Counted from the first letter of the stretch, positions 48,833 to 59,618 are shown. The stretch: DNA of 64,000 bases from an uncultured Alloprevotella sp. (GCA_944322095.1 CALUNU010000013.1:466-64465); one strand, 5' to 3'. Program-made: numbers and translations. Notes: generated from the sequence alone by a model not told the origin.

Positions 48833-50218
48833 ATGGATAAAAAGAAAGCGATGAACCGCCGCGACTTCTTCAAGGTGGCGGGAGCGGCCGGCCTGGCAGC
48901 CACAGCGCTGGCAGGGTGCCGCGGGGGCAAGGAAACGCCCCCTGAGGAGCCCGCCATGGGCGAGATGACGCGCCGCACGAACCCCTCGACCGGCGACAAG
49001 GTGTCGCTGCTCGGTTTCGGGATGATGCGCCTGCCCTCGGTGGGCGGACGCTCGGCCCGCGAGGGGAACGAGGACATTGACCAGGAGATGGTGAACCGCA
49101 TGGTCGACTACGCCATTGCCCACGGCGTCAACTATTTCGACACGTCGCCCGCCTATTGCCGGGGGCTGTCGGAGAAGGCCACGGGCATTGCCCTGGCGCG
49201 CCATCCGCGCAACAGCTATTTCGTTGCCACCAAGCTCTCGAACTTTGCCCCCGAAACGTGGCCGCGCGAGGCTTCTATCGCGATGTACCGCAACTCGCTG
49301 AAAGACTTGCAGACCGACCATATCGACTATTACCTGTTGCACGGCATCGGTATGGGCGGCGGCATGGAAGAATACGAGAAACGCTACATCGACAACGGTG
49401 TGCTCAGTTTTCTTTTGGACGAACGCAAGGCCGGGCGCATCCGCAACCTTGGCTTTTCCTACCATGGCGACGTGGCCGTCTTCGACCGCCTGCTGGCCGA
49501 GCACGACAAGTATCATTGGGACTTCGTGCAGATTCAGCTCAACTACCTCGACTGGAAATATGCCAAGGAAATCAATCCCAACAACACCAATGCGGAATAC
49601 CTCTACAACGAACTGGCGAAACGCCACATCCCGGCCGTCATCATGGAGCCCCTTTTGGGCGGGCGCCTCTCGAACGTGCCCGACGGCATCGTGGCCATGC
49701 TCAAGCAGCGCGAGCCCGAGCGGAGCGTGGCGTCGTGGGCTTTTCGTTTTGCGGGGAGTTTTCCCGGCGTGCTCACCGTGCTGAGCGGCATGACGCGCAT
49801 GGAGCATTTGCAGGACAACCTGCGCACGTACAGTCCGCTCCGGCCGTTGAGCGACGAGGAGTTCGCCTTTTTGCAGCGTGCGGCCGACCGCATGATGCAG
49901 TTCGACACCATCCCCTGCAACGACTGCAAATACTGCATGCCTTGCCCTTATGGCATCGATATTCCCGCCATTCTGCTCCATTACAACAAATGCCTGAACG
50001 AGGGCAACGTGCCCGAGAGCGCGCAGGAGCCCGGCTATCGTCGCGCCCGCCGCGCCTGGCTCGTGGGCTACGACCGCAACGTGCCCAAGCTGCGCCAGGC
50101 CAGCCACTGCATCGGGTGTGGCCAGTGTAGCCCCCATTGCCCGCAGCGCATCGACATACCCGCCGAGCTGCACCGCATAGACGCCTACGTCGAGCGGCTG
50201 AAGCAAAACAAATTGTAG
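48833..50218 (+). CDS. Aldo/keto reductase with C-terminal 4Fe-4S dicluster domain
   Basis: LGFGMMRLP, NYFDTSPAY, DYYLLH, GFSYHG, IMEPLLGG, CNDCKYCMPCP and CIGCGQC..HCPQ. N-terminal RRDFFK...LAGC. Confidence 0.9.
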   Translation: MDKKKAMNRRDFFKVAGAAGLAATALAGCRGGKETPPEEPAMGEMTRRTNPSTGDKVSLLGFGMMRLPSVGGRSAREGNEDIDQEMVNRMVDYAIAHGVNYFDTSPAYCRGLSEKATGIALARHPRNSYFVATKLSNFAPETWPREASIAMYRNSLKDLQTDHIDYYLLHGIGMGGGMEEYEKRYIDNGVLSFLLDERKAGRIRNLGFSYHGDVAVFDRLLAEHDKYHWDFVQIQLNYLDWKYAKEINPNNTNAEYLYNELAKRHIPAVIMEPLLGGRLSNVPDGIVAMLKQREPERSVASWAFRFAGSFPGVLTVLSGMTRMEHLQDNLRTYSPLRPLSDEEFAFLQRAADRMMQFDTIPCNDCKYCMPCPYGIDIPAILLHYNKCLNEGNVPESAQEPGYRRARRAWLVGYDRNVPKLRQASHCIGCGQCSPHCPQRIDIPAELHRIDAYVERLKQNKL

Positions 50219-50227
50219 GCCCACACG

Positions 50228-50287
50228 CCAACGAAACAGCCACGGCATAACGGGAAGTTGCCCGTCGTGCCGTGGCTGTTTCGTTGG
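50228..50287. terminator. Long hairpin between convergent genes
   Basis: CCAACGAAACAGCCACGGCA (50228-50247) / TGCCGTGGCTGTTTCGTTGG (50268-50287), a perfect 20-bp stem. Confidence 0.75.
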
Positions 50288-50302
50288 TAGCGTGGGAAGT
50301 TC

Positions 50303-50521
50303 TTATTTGATTTCTTCGAAGTCGATATAGGTGCCTTCGTCCTTCCCGATTTTCTTTTTCCGCCGGCGGTCGGTGCGCCGCGGCTCGTGCGTGGTGCTTC
50401 CCTCATCGCGCGGGCCGGGACGGCGCGGGCTGCGTATGGCACGCCAGGTGCCTCCGACGGCGGCCATGAAGAACGCAAAAAGGATGAAGACGAGGGCAAA
50501 AAGACAACCGAGGGCTTTCAT
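50303..50521 (-). CDS. Small membrane protein, DUF4834-like (72 aa)
   Basis: N-terminal TM and C-terminal EGTYIDFEEIK signature. Confidence 0.65.
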   Translation of the reverse strand: MKALGCLFALVFILFAFFMAAVGGTWRAIRSPRRPGPRDEGSTTHEPRRTDRRRKKKIGKDEGTYIDFEEIK

Positions 50522-50592
50522 TTTCTTGTTTTGTTTTTAGATGATGCTTCTTGACCGGTAACGGTACAAAAAGCGTGCCATGCCGGCGTGGC

Positions 50593-51297
50593 TCAGTGCT
50601 TGCGGGCGTTGGCTGCCAGCGACAGGAGCACGTAGAGCACGACGACGAACGGCAGGCCGCGCCACCCGAAGGCGCCGACGAGGAAGCCGGCCAGAAAGAT
50701 GAAAACGTAGCGCAGGCGGTTGTCGCGCCAGCCGAAGTGTTTGAACTTTAAGGCGAACATGGGGATCTCGCTCACGAGTAGCCAGCACGACAGGACGATG
50801 CCGGCCAGGACGAGCCAGCCGCCGCAGGCGATGTGGGCGATGTCGTCGTGCAGACCGAGGGCGAGCGAGGCCCAGAAGAGGGCGTTGGCCGGCGTGGGCA
50901 GGCCGATGAAGCCCATGGTCTGGCGTTCGTCGAGGTTAAACTTGGCCAGGCGCAACGCCGAGAAAGCTGCTATCAGGAAGCCTGCCCATGGCATGTAGGC
51001 TGCCATGGCGGGGGGCAGGCCGGGAAAGGTGGCTTCGCCGAGGAGGCTGGCCACGACGGCGGCCGGCGCAAAGCCGAAGGTGATGTCGTCGGCCAGCGAG
51101 TCGAGCTCGCGGCCGAAGGGGCCGGCCACGCCCAGCAGGCGGGCGGCAAAGCCGTCGAAAAAGTCGAACACGGCGCCGCCGACGATGAACGCCAGCGCCA
51201 GGGGATAGTTGCCATGCAACGCAAAAACAGCTGCAACGCATCCGCAGAGGAGGTTGCAGCTGGTGATGATTTGTGGAAATTGTTTTTTCAAGCTCAT
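50593..51297 (-). CDS. pssA: CDP-diacylglycerol--serine O-phosphatidyltransferase (234 aa)
   Basis: [11 protein letters not shown]...[24 protein letters not shown]. Coupled to psd. Confidence 0.93.
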   Translation of the reverse strand: MSLKKQFPQIITSCNLLCGCVAAVFALHGNYPLALAFIVGGAVFDFFDGFAARLLGVAGPFGRELDSLADDITFGFAPAAVVASLLGEATFPGLPPAMAAYMPWAGFLIAAFSALRLAKFNLDERQTMGFIGLPTPANALFWASLALGLHDDIAHIACGGWLVLAGIVLSCWLLVSEIPMFALKFKHFGWRDNRLRYVFIFLAGFLVGAFGWRGLPFVVVLYVLLSLAANARKH

Positions 51298-51986
51298 GCC
51301 TGTGGATTTAGACGTGCCACGATGGTCTGGTTGCCCACGGCTTTCTGGCCCACGCGCACGAGGGGCGTGCTGCCCAGCGGCAGAAACACGTCGACCCGCG
51401 AGCCAAACTTGATGAAGCCGAGGTGCTCGTCGATGTAGCATTCGTCGTCGGGGCGGGCATAGGTCACTATGCGCCGGGCCACGGCGCCTGCAATCTGGCG
51501 GACAAGGATTTCCTGCCCGGCGGGCGTTTCTATGACGATGGTGGAGCGTTCGTTTTCGGAGCTGGCCTTGGGCAGCCATGCTTTGTGGAAGTTGCCGCTG
51601 TGGTGCTCCACCAGCTTGACGTGTCCGTCCACGGGAAACCAGTTGGCGTGGACGTTCGTGAGCGACATGAAGATGGAAATCATCAGGCGCCGGTCGTGGA
51701 AATATTCGTTCTCGTCCACTTCCTCGACCACCACCACCTTGCCGTCGGCCGCGGCGAGCACGACGTTTTCCGTCTGGCCGTTGAACAGACGGATGGGGCA
51801 GCGGAAAAAGTTGACAATGATGGCGTAGAAGACGGCGCTGGCCAGCAGCAGCGTGTAGAAGACGGCGGGCCAGCGCTCCCCGGCGACATAATAGACGACG
51901 GCATTGGCTGCCAGCAGGAAGACGAGCACGATGAGCAGCGTATCTGTGCCTTCGCGGTGCAGGCGTATCTTTTTCAGTCGTTTCAT
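51294..51986 (-). CDS. psd: Phosphatidylserine decarboxylase proenzyme
   Basis: [34 protein letters not shown] cleavage motif. Confidence 0.94.
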   Translation of the reverse strand: MKRLKKIRLHREGTDTLLIVLVFLLAANAVVYYVAGERWPAVFYTLLLASAVFYAIIVNFFRCPIRLFNGQTENVVLAAADGKVVVVEEVDENEYFHDRRLMISIFMSLTNVHANWFPVDGHVKLVEHHSGNFHKAWLPKASSENERSTIVIETPAGQEILVRQIAGAVARRIVTYARPDDECYIDEHLGFIKFGSRVDVFLPLGSTPLVRVGQKAVGNQTIVARLNPQA

Positions 51987-52107
51987 TCTTACGTTCCCGG
52001 CCTGGGGCCGATTGCAGTTTTTGTTCTAATCCGGGTGGTGCTTTGCCCTGCAAAGATAAATGTTTTTGCTTAAACGGGCAAATCTGCCCGCTGAAAGGGC
52101 GCGCGGG

Positions 52108-52872
52108 CTACTCCCAGGCTTCCGTCAGGCTGCGTTCGAGCTCTTCGGGCGAGAGGCGCAGGTGAAACTGCCCGTCGCGGGCAATGGAGATGCCGCCCGT
52201 TTCTTCCGATACGATGATGGCGAGGCAGTCGGTCTTTTGCGAGATGCCCAACGCGGCGCGGTGGCGCAGGCCGAGGGCCTTGGGTATGTCGGCGTCGTGC
52301 GAGACGGGCAGGATGCAGCCGGCGGCTTTGATGTGTTTGTGGCTGATTACCATTGCGCCGTCGTGGAGAGGGCTGTTCTTGAAGAAGATGTTCTCGATGA
52401 GTCTCTGGTTGATGTCGGCGTTGATGATGTCGCCCGAGTGGATGATTTCGCTCAGCCCGACGTTTCTCTCGATAACGATGAGCGCGCCCACCTTTTGCTT
52501 GCTCATGCTCATGCAGGCCATGACGATGGGCATGATGTCTTCGCGGCGGGCGGTCTCGCGCTTTTTCCCCGTGACCAGGCGCAGGATGAGGTTGGTGCTG
52601 CGGCGCGAGCCGATGGTCGAGAAGAAGTGGCGTATTTCCTCCTGAAAAAGAATGATGAGGGCCAGGGCGCCCATGTTGACCAGTTTGTCGAGAATGCTGC
52701 CCATCAGGCGCATTTCGAAAACTTGCGATACGAGAATCCACACGAGCACAAAGACGAGGATGCCCGAGAAGATGTTGGCCGAGCTCGACTCTTTCATCAG
52801 GCGGTAGATGTAGTAGAGCAGCAGGGCGACGAGGACGATGTCGATGACGTCTTTTATTCCGAGGGAGATCAT
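52108..52872 (-). CDS. cdaA: Diadenylate cyclase CdaA (254 aa)
   Basis: Three N-terminal TMs, FQEEIR, PLHDGA and GLRHRAALG motifs. Confidence 0.92.
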   Translation of the reverse strand: MISLGIKDVIDIVLVALLLYYIYRLMKESSSANIFSGILVFVLVWILVSQVFEMRLMGSILDKLVNMGALALIILFQEEIRHFFSTIGSRRSTNLILRLVTGKKRETARREDIMPIVMACMSMSKQKVGALIVIERNVGLSEIIHSGDIINADINQRLIENIFFKNSPLHDGAMVISHKHIKAAGCILPVSHDADIPKALGLRHRAALGISQKTDCLAIIVSEETGGISIARDGQFHLRLSPEELERSLTEAWE

Positions 52873-53732
52873 GTGCCGGGGGTTGGATGGTCGGTGCAGG
52901 CGTCCCGCAGGGCGCCGACGAGACGCACGGCCTCGACGGCGGCCCGCACGTCGTGGACGCGCAGGATATGGGCCCCCTGCATGAGGGCCGCGGTGTTCAG
53001 TATGGTTGTGCCGTTCAGGGCCGTGGCGGGCGTGGCGTCCAGCGTTTGCCACGCCATGCGCTTGCGCGAGAGGCCCACGAGCAGGGGCAGGCCGAGCAGG
53101 CTGAGGTCGCTCAGGTGGGCCAGCAGGACAAAGTTGTCGGCCGTGCTCTTGCCGAAGCCGAAGCCCGGGTCGACAATGATGTCGTGCACGCCGAGCTCGT
53201 GCAGCCGGCGCACGCGGCCCGAGAGCCACGTGCACACGCTCTCCATCACGGGCGCCCGGCCCACGGCGTCGGCCCCGCCGCCCATGTGCATCAGCACGTA
53301 GGGCACGCCAAGGGCTGCCACCGTGGGCAGCATGGCGGCGTCGAGCGCGCCGCCCGAGATGTCGTTGACGATGTGGACGCCATACTCTTCGACGCACATG
53401 CGGGCCACGTCGGCGCGGTACGTGTCGACAGATACGACGGCGTTGCCCGCCTCGCTCATCACGACGGGGAGCACCTTTCGCAGCCGGTCGGCCTCTTCTG
53501 CGGCGTCGACAGGGGTGGCTCCCGGCCGCGTCGAGCAGGCTCCGACGTCGATCATCGTGCCTCCTTCGGCCAGAATTTGCCGCACGCGGGCTGCCACGGC
53601 GCTTTCGTCGGTCGTGCGCGACGGGGCATAGAACGAGTCGGGCGTGGCGTTGACGATGCCCATCACCTGCGGCCCGTCCATCTCGAACAGACGGCCGCCC
53701 ACGTTCAGGCTGTATGGTGTGTAGGGCTGCAT
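52869..53732 (-). CDS. folP: Dihydropteroate synthase
   Basis: VMGIVNATPDSF, IDVGACSTRPG, SVDTY, VNDISG, DPGFGFGK, GLSRK, RVHDV. Start uncertain (53732 or 53759). Confidence 0.94.
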   Translation of the reverse strand: MQPYTPYSLNVGGRLFEMDGPQVMGIVNATPDSFYAPSRTTDESAVAARVRQILAEGGTMIDVGACSTRPGATPVDAAEEADRLRKVLPVVMSEAGNAVVSVDTYRADVARMCVEEYGVHIVNDISGGALDAAMLPTVAALGVPYVLMHMGGGADAVGRAPVMESVCTWLSGRVRRLHELGVHDIIVDPGFGFGKSTADNFVLLAHLSDLSLLGLPLLVGLSRKRMAWQTLDATPATALNGTTILNTAALMQGAHILRVHDVRAAVEAVRLVGALRDACTDHPTPGT

Positions 53733-54064
53733 CGGGCAGCCGCACGGGGGTACATTCATATATATAATAATGGTATGCCTCGCAAAATTAGCGAGAAACC
53801 GCGGAATAGACGAATAAATGCCTGCGAAACCGGCCGTAACGCCCTGCGAAGGTCGCAGCGGGCCGATGCAGAGGGGCGCAGAGGGGGCTGCCCCCGGTGC
53901 GTGGCGGCCCTGGCTGCGTGCCGGGGGGCTTTTGTGCCTGCCGCAGGGCAATTAAACCGCCTGCGCGGCGGACGGGTACGCGTTTTTCGGCTAACTTTGC
54001 ACCCCGCAGGCGGGCATGGGCCGGGGCCTTCGCGCCGCCTGCGGCGATTAACTTTTGGAATGCA

Positions 54065-55369
54065 ATGGATATCAAGGATCTTTATGAGCTCTTCCTCCGC
54101 CATCCCGAGGTGACGACCGATACGCGCCACTGCCCGGCGGACTCCCTGTTCTTTGCCCTCAGGGGCGCTACGTTCGACGGCAACGCCTTTGCGGCCGCGG
54201 CGCTCGAAGCGGGCTGTGCCTATGCCGTCGTGGACGATCCGTCCGTGCCCGTCGGAGGCGACGGCCGCTATATCCTCGTCGACGACGTGCTCGCCACGCT
54301 GCAACGTCTGGCCACCGAGCACCGCCGGCGCCTGGGCACGCGCATCGTGCAGATAACGGGTACGAACGGGAAAACCACGACCAAGGAGCTGACGGCTGCC
54401 GTGCTGCGCGGGCGCTATAACGTGCTGGCCACCGAGGGCAACTTCAACAACCACATAGGCGTGCCCAAGACGCTGCTGCGCCTGCGCCCGGAGCACGAGC
54501 TGGCCGTCGTCGAGACGGGGGCCAACCATCCCGGCGAGATTGCCCGGCTGAGCGGCATCGTCGAGCCCGACTGCGGGCTCATCACCAACGTGGGCCGGGC
54601 CCATTTGGAGGGCTTCGGCTCGTTCGACGGCGTTGTGCACACCAAGGGCGAGCTCTACGACTGGCTGCGCCGCAGCCCCGAGGGCTTTATCTTCCTGCAC
54701 AAGGGCGACACCGTGCTCGAAGGCATCGCCGGCAGTTTGCCCCGCTTCACTTACGGCGAGCCCGGGCTGGGGTGCGACGTCGAGGGCGAGGTGACGGCGT
54801 GCGCGCCCTTCCTGCGGCTGCGCTGGCGGCCGGCCGGCGGGACGTGGCACGAGGTGCAGACGCATCTCATCGGGGCGTACAACCTGTGGAACGTGCTGGC
54901 AGCCGTGGCCGTGGGCATGCGCTTTGGCGTGGAGCCCGCACGCATCACGTCGGCCCTCGAAAGCTACGTGCCGAGCAACAGCCGTTCGGAGCTGAGGCAG
55001 ACGGACCGCAACACGCTCATCGTCGACGCCTACAATGCCAACCCGACGAGCATGAAGGCCGCGCTCGACAACTTCGCGCTCATCCCCCATCCGCACAAGA
55101 TGGTCATTCTCGGCGACATGCGCGAGCTGGGCGAGGCATCGGCCGAGGAGCATCGCCGCGTGGCTGCCCGGGCCGGCGCGTTGGGCTGCGAGGCCGTGTG
55201 GCTCGTGGGCCCCGAGTTTGCGTCCTGCGAACTGCCGTGCAGCCGCCATTTTGCCAGCGTCGACGAGGTGAAGGCCGCCATCGCCGGCGGGGAGCGCCCC
55301 GAGGGACGGCTCATCCTGATTAAAGGGAGCAACGGAACGCACCTGTTTGAGCTCCCCGATTTGTTATAA
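54065..55369 (+). CDS. murF: UDP-N-acetylmuramoyl-tripeptide--D-Ala-D-Ala ligase (434 aa)
   Basis: TDTR, ITGTNGKTTTKE, GNFNNHIGVP, DAYNANPTSM, ILGDMRELG, IKGS. Confidence 0.95.
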   Translation: MDIKDLYELFLRHPEVTTDTRHCPADSLFFALRGATFDGNAFAAAALEAGCAYAVVDDPSVPVGGDGRYILVDDVLATLQRLATEHRRRLGTRIVQITGTNGKTTTKELTAAVLRGRYNVLATEGNFNNHIGVPKTLLRLRPEHELAVVETGANHPGEIARLSGIVEPDCGLITNVGRAHLEGFGSFDGVVHTKGELYDWLRRSPEGFIFLHKGDTVLEGIAGSLPRFTYGEPGLGCDVEGEVTACAPFLRLRWRPAGGTWHEVQTHLIGAYNLWNVLAAVAVGMRFGVEPARITSALESYVPSNSRSELRQTDRNTLIVDAYNANPTSMKAALDNFALIPHPHKMVILGDMRELGEASAEEHRRVAARAGALGCEAVWLVGPEFASCELPCSRHFASVDEVKAAIAGGERPEGRLILIKGSNGTHLFELPDLL

Positions 55370-55431
55370 ACAACGCTCGGCCGCCGGCCGCGGGGCACCC
55401 CGAAACACCCCCGACGGACGGCGCTGCGCCG

Positions 55432-55475
55432 CAACGGGGCCGGGACGGCACGCATGCCGCGTCCCGGCCCCGTTG
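55432..55475. other. GC-rich 16-bp perfect hairpin downstream of murF
   Basis: CAACGGGGCCGGGACG / CGTCCCGGCCCCGTTG. Confidence 0.6.
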
Positions 55476-55684
55476 TGTCTGCATGTGTCGCCGTCTGTTT
55501 TGCCGCCGCGTCAAGCGCGGTTGCTCCCGGGCTATTTGCGCCGGCCGCCTTGAAAATCAGCCGGACAGGCAGCACGTCGGCCCCGGCCTGTGCCCGTTGT
55601 ATAATTTTGGGGCGAAAGGGTTAAAATTAAGTTGCGGGTGGCATTTTCTGTCAAGCGCGCTTTACATTCGTCCGGCAAAATTTG

Positions 55685-55908
55685 TAACTTTGCGGGCCTA
55701 AGACGGACGACGTGGATGAGAAGCCATTTCGCTTGCCCCACATCGGTGGAGCACTTTCGCAGCTCAGATACGCAGGCGGGCACGAGGTTCGTTTGCGCCT
55801 TTTTTGTGTGCGGAGGGGTGGGGCAGAGGCCCCTTGCGGCGCGGCGTCCGTGGTGTTTACAACGCATCAACAAACAACAAACAAGTATATTAACAACACA
55901 TTAGAGCT
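55685..55908 (+). promoter_or_regulatory. nuo promoter and long structured 5' leader containing a terminator-like hairpin
   Basis: TAACTTTG at 55685-55692, about 215-nt leader, AGGCG..ACGA-GGT-TCGT..CGCCT-TTTTT at 55774-55805. Confidence 0.55.
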
Positions 55909-56259
55909 ATGAACTTTACCTTATTAGTGACAACACTGCTTACAGGTATTGCTTTCGTGGGTATAGTGGTGATATTGGCGAAGCTGATTTCGCCACGCTC
56001 CTACAACAAGCAAAAGGAAGAGGCTTATGAATGTGGTATCCCGACGCGCGGCCGCTCATGGATGCAGTTTCGCGTGGGCTACTATCTCTTTGCCATCTTG
56101 TTCCTGATGTTCGACGTCGAGACGATGTTCCTCTTTCCGTGGGCCGTCGTGATGCGTTCGCTGGGCCCGGCCGGCCTTTGGAGCGTGCTCTTCTTCCTGT
56201 TCATCTTAGTTCTGGGCCTGGCCTATGCCTGGAGGAAAGGAGCGTTGAAATGGCAGTGA
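55909..56259 (+). CDS. nuoA: NADH-quinone oxidoreductase subunit A
   Basis: YECG, YYLFAILFLMFDVE, three TMs. Confidence 0.95.
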   Translation: MNFTLLVTTLLTGIAFVGIVVILAKLISPRSYNKQKEEAYECGIPTRGRSWMQFRVGYYLFAILFLMFDVETMFLFPWAVVMRSLGPAGLWSVLFFLFILVLGLAYAWRKGALKWQ

Positions 56260-56891
56260 TGAAGAAACCAAACATCAAGTCGATCCCTTACGAAGAGTTT
56301 AAGGACAACGAAACCTTCGAAAAGCTCGTGGCCGAGCTCAACGCTGGCGGCGCCAACGTCGTCGTGCGCAAGCTGGACGATCTGATCGACTGGGGACGCA
56401 GCAATTCGCTCTGGCCGCTGACGTTTGCCACGAGCTGCTGCGGCATCGAGTTTATGGCCGTCTGCGCCGCGCGTTACGACATCGCCCGTTTTGGCTTCGA
56501 GGTGACGCGCAACAGTCCGCGTCAGGCCGACGTCATCCTGGTGAGCGGAACGATAACGACGAAGATGGCGCCCGTGTTGAAGCGCCTCTACGACCAGATG
56601 GCCGACCCGAAGTATGTGGTGGCCATCGGCGGCTGCTCCATCAGCGGCGGACCGTTCACGAAGTCGTACCACGTGGTGCGCGGCGTCGACACCGTCATCC
56701 CCGTCGACGTCTACGTGCCCGGCTGTCCGCCCCGCCCCGAGTCGTTCCTCTACGGAATGATGCAGCTTCAGCGTAAGGTGAAGGTGGAAAACTTCTTCGG
56801 CACCGTCAACCGCAAGGAAAAGGACCCCTTCGCCAAGGAGGCTGTCCGCGAAAAGGAAAAAGAAATTTTTAGCGAGGAGGAACAGGCATGA
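56250..56891 (+). CDS. nuoB: NADH-quinone oxidoreductase subunit B
   Basis: TFATSCCGIEFM, SPRQAD, GGCSISGG, VPGCPPRPE. Start at the ATG at 56250. Confidence 0.95.
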   Translation: MAVMKKPNIKSIPYEEFKDNETFEKLVAELNAGGANVVVRKLDDLIDWGRSNSLWPLTFATSCCGIEFMAVCAARYDIARFGFEVTRNSPRQADVILVSGTITTKMAPVLKRLYDQMADPKYVVAIGGCSISGGPFTKSYHVVRGVDTVIPVDVYVPGCPPRPESFLYGMMQLQRKVKVENFFGTVNRKEKDPFAKEAVREKEKEIFSEEEQA

Positions 56892-58456
56892 ATCTTGACA
56901 TAAGAACCGTTGCACCCGAGAACCTGCGCGAGGAAATGCTCCGCCTGCGCCGTGAGCAGAAGATGAACTTCCTGGAAACGCTCACCGGCATGGACTGGGG
57001 CGAGGAGGGCGGCCTCGGCGTTGTCTATACGTTGGAGTCGACCGAAACGGGTGAGCGCGCGGCGCTGAAAACAGCTACGACCGACCGCGAGAACCCGATG
57101 CTCCCGAGCGTGAGCGACATTTGGAAAATAGCAAACATCTACGAACGCGAGGTCTACGACTTCTACGGCATCAAGTTTACGGGCCACCCCGACATGCGCC
57201 GCATCTTCCTGCGCGAGGACTGGGTGGGCTATCCCTTCCGCAAGGACGATGAGCCCGAGAAGGAAAACCCGCTGCGCATGACCAACGAGCCGCTGGCCGA
57301 CGTGACGGAGAGCTACGTGCTCAACCCCGACGGCACCGTCGTGAAGGAAACGCACCCCATCTTCGAAGAGGGCGAATACGTCGTCAACATCGGCCCGCAG
57401 CACCCCTCGACCCACGGCGTGCTCCACTTCCGCGTGAGCCTCGACGGCGAGGTGATACGGAAAATCGACCCCGTGCTGGGATATATCCACCGCGGCGTCG
57501 AGAAGCTCAACGAAAGCCTCACCTATCCGCAGACGCTGGCCCTGACCGACCGCCTCGACTATCTGGGCGCCATGCAGAACCGCCACGCCCTCTGCCTGTG
57601 CATTGAGCAGGCCATGGGCATCGAGGTGAGCGACCGCGTCAAGGTGATACGCACCATCATGGACGAGTTGCAGCGTATCGATTCGCACATCCTTTTCTTC
57701 TCCTGCCTCTGTCAGGACCTGGGGGCCACGACAGCCTTCCTCTACGGTTTCCGCGACCGCGAGAAGATACTCGACATTTTCGAGGAAACCTGCGGCGGCC
57801 GCCTCATCCTCAACTACAACACGATTGGCGGCGTCATGGCCGACCTGCATCCCAATTTTGTAAAGCGTGTCAAGGAGTTTATCCCCTATATGCGCAAGAA
57901 TTTGCAGGAATATTTCGACATTTTCATCAACAACGTCATTGCCCGCAACCGTATGGACGGCGTCGGCATACTTTCGCTCGACGACGTCATCTCGTTTGGC
58001 TGTACGGGCGGTACGGGACGTGCCTCCGGCTGGCATAACGATGTGCGCAAGCGCATGCCTTATGCTGCTTACGACCGGGTAGAGTTCAATGAAATCACCC
58101 GTAAGGAGGGCGACAGCTTCGCACGTCTCATGATACGTATGGATGAAATCAAGGAGAGTCTCAACATCATCGAACAGCTCATCGACAACATCCCCGATGG
58201 CCCGTTCCAAGAGAAGACGAAACCCATCATCAAAGTGCCCGAAGGCACGTACTATACGGCCGTCGAGGGCAGCCGTGGCGAGTTTGGCGTTTTCCTGGAA
58301 AGCCATGGCGACAAGACGCCCTACCGTCTCCACTACCGCGCCACGGGCCTGCCGCTGGTGGCCGTTATGGATACGGCATGCCGCGGCAACCTGATAGCCG
58401 ACCTGATTACCATCGGTGGAACCGTCGACTACGTAGTGCCCGACATTGACAGATAA
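56888..58456 (+). CDS. nuoCD: NADH-quinone oxidoreductase fused subunit C/D
   Basis: EREVYDFYGI, GYPFRKD, NIGPQHPSTHG, GYIHRGVEK, DYVVPDIDR. No NiFe CxxC pairs. Confidence 0.94.
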   Translation: MNLDIRTVAPENLREEMLRLRREQKMNFLETLTGMDWGEEGGLGVVYTLESTETGERAALKTATTDRENPMLPSVSDIWKIANIYEREVYDFYGIKFTGHPDMRRIFLREDWVGYPFRKDDEPEKENPLRMTNEPLADVTESYVLNPDGTVVKETHPIFEEGEYVVNIGPQHPSTHGVLHFRVSLDGEVIRKIDPVLGYIHRGVEKLNESLTYPQTLALTDRLDYLGAMQNRHALCLCIEQAMGIEVSDRVKVIRTIMDELQRIDSHILFFSCLCQDLGATTAFLYGFRDREKILDIFEETCGGRLILNYNTIGGVMADLHPNFVKRVKEFIPYMRKNLQEYFDIFINNVIARNRMDGVGILSLDDVISFGCTGGTGRASGWHNDVRKRMPYAAYDRVEFNEITRKEGDSFARLMIRMDEIKESLNIIEQLIDNIPDGPFQEKTKPIIKVPEGTYYTAVEGSRGEFGVFLESHGDKTPYRLHYRATGLPLVAVMDTACRGNLIADLITIGGTVDYVVPDIDR

Positions 58457-58535
58457 ACCATCCTGCCGGGACACGGCCGTGCGGCAGAGAGCCGCCGGCC
58501 GACGGCCCGGTGCGAACTTATCATAAACAGAAGTT

Positions 58536-59618
58536 ATGTTATTCGATTTTAATGTAATATCCCAATGGTTACACGGGGCGCTCACGTCGGTCATGCCCGA
58601 GTGGGCGGCAATACTCACCGAGAGTATTCTGGTGGCGCTGGCAATCATCACGCTCTATGCCGTGTTCGCGATTATCCTCATTTACATGGAGCGCAAGATT
58701 TGCGCTTTCTTCCAGTGTCGTCTGGGCCCGATGCGCGTGGGCAAATGGGGACTTTTGCAGCTCTTTGCCGACGTGTTCAAGATGCTGACAAAGGAAATCA
58801 TCAGCATGCGCCAGTCCGACCGCTTCCTTCACAACCTGGCTCCGTTCCTCGTCGTGATAGCTTCGATGCTGACGTTTGCCTGTCTGCCTTGGAACAAGGG
58901 GGCGCACATCCTTGACTTCAACGTCGGTGTGTTCTTCATGCTGGCAGCCTCGTCCATCGGCGTGGTGGGCATCCTGTTGGCCGGTTGGAGCAGCAACAAC
59001 AAGTATTCGCTCATCGGTGCCATGCGTAGCGGTGCGCAAATCATCAGTTATGAGCTCTCTATCGGCCTGACCATGCTGACGATGATGGCGCTGACCGGCA
59101 CGTTGCAGATTTCGGAAATCGTCGAGCAGCAATATGCTGAGGGCTGGAACATCGTGCGCGGACACGTGCCCGCCGTCATCGCCTTCCTTATCTATCTGAT
59201 AGCAGGCAACGCCGAGTGTAACCGCGGCCCGTTCGACCTGCCCGAGAGCGAAAGCGAGCTCACGGCTGGTTATCATACGGAATACTCGGGTATGCACTTC
59301 GGCTTCTACTACCTTTCCGAGTATCTGAACCTGTTCATCACGGCGGGTATCGCCACGACCATCTTCCTCGGAGGCTGGGCGCCGCTGCATATCATCGGTC
59401 TGGACGGGTTCAACGGTGTTATGGACTATATCCCCGGCATCGTCTGGTTTGTAGGCAAGACGCTCTTTGTTGTCTTTCTGCTCATGTGGATCCGCTGGAC
59501 GTTCCCCCGCCTGCGTATCGACCAGATCTTGGCTCTCGAATGGAAATACCTCGTGCCCATCAGCTTGGTCAACCTGGTTGTTATGGCCATCGTGGCAGCT
59601 TATGGATTTCATTTCTAA
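58536..59618 (+). CDS. nuoH: NADH-quinone oxidoreductase subunit H
   Basis: ERK...[40 protein letters not shown]. Confidence 0.95.
   Translation: MLFDFNVISQWLHGALTSVMPEWAAILTESILVALAIITLYAVFAIILIYMERKICAFFQCRLGPMRVGKWGLLQLFADVFKMLTKEIISMRQSDRFLHNLAPFLVVIASMLTFACLPWNKGAHILDFNVGVFFMLAASSIGVVGILLAGWSSNNKYSLIGAMRSGAQIISYELSIGLTMLTMMALTGTLQISEIVEQQYAEGWNIVRGHVPAVIAFLIYLIAGNAECNRGPFDLPESESELTAGYHTEYSGMHFGFYYLSEYLNLFITAGIATTIFLGGWAPLHIIGLDGFNGVMDYIPGIVWFVGKTLFVVFLLMWIRWTFPRLRIDQILALEWKYLVPISLVNLVVMAIVAAYGFHF

Noticed and set aside
52108-53732. Diadenylate cyclase as a cyclic-nucleotide anti-phage system
   Set aside because: It is an ordinary membrane CdaA in the folP-cdaA housekeeping arrangement, with no effector genes.
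56888-58456. Group 4 [NiFe]-hydrogenase large subunit
   Set aside because: It lacks the N- and C-terminal CxxC nickel ligands, and the gene order is that of nuo.
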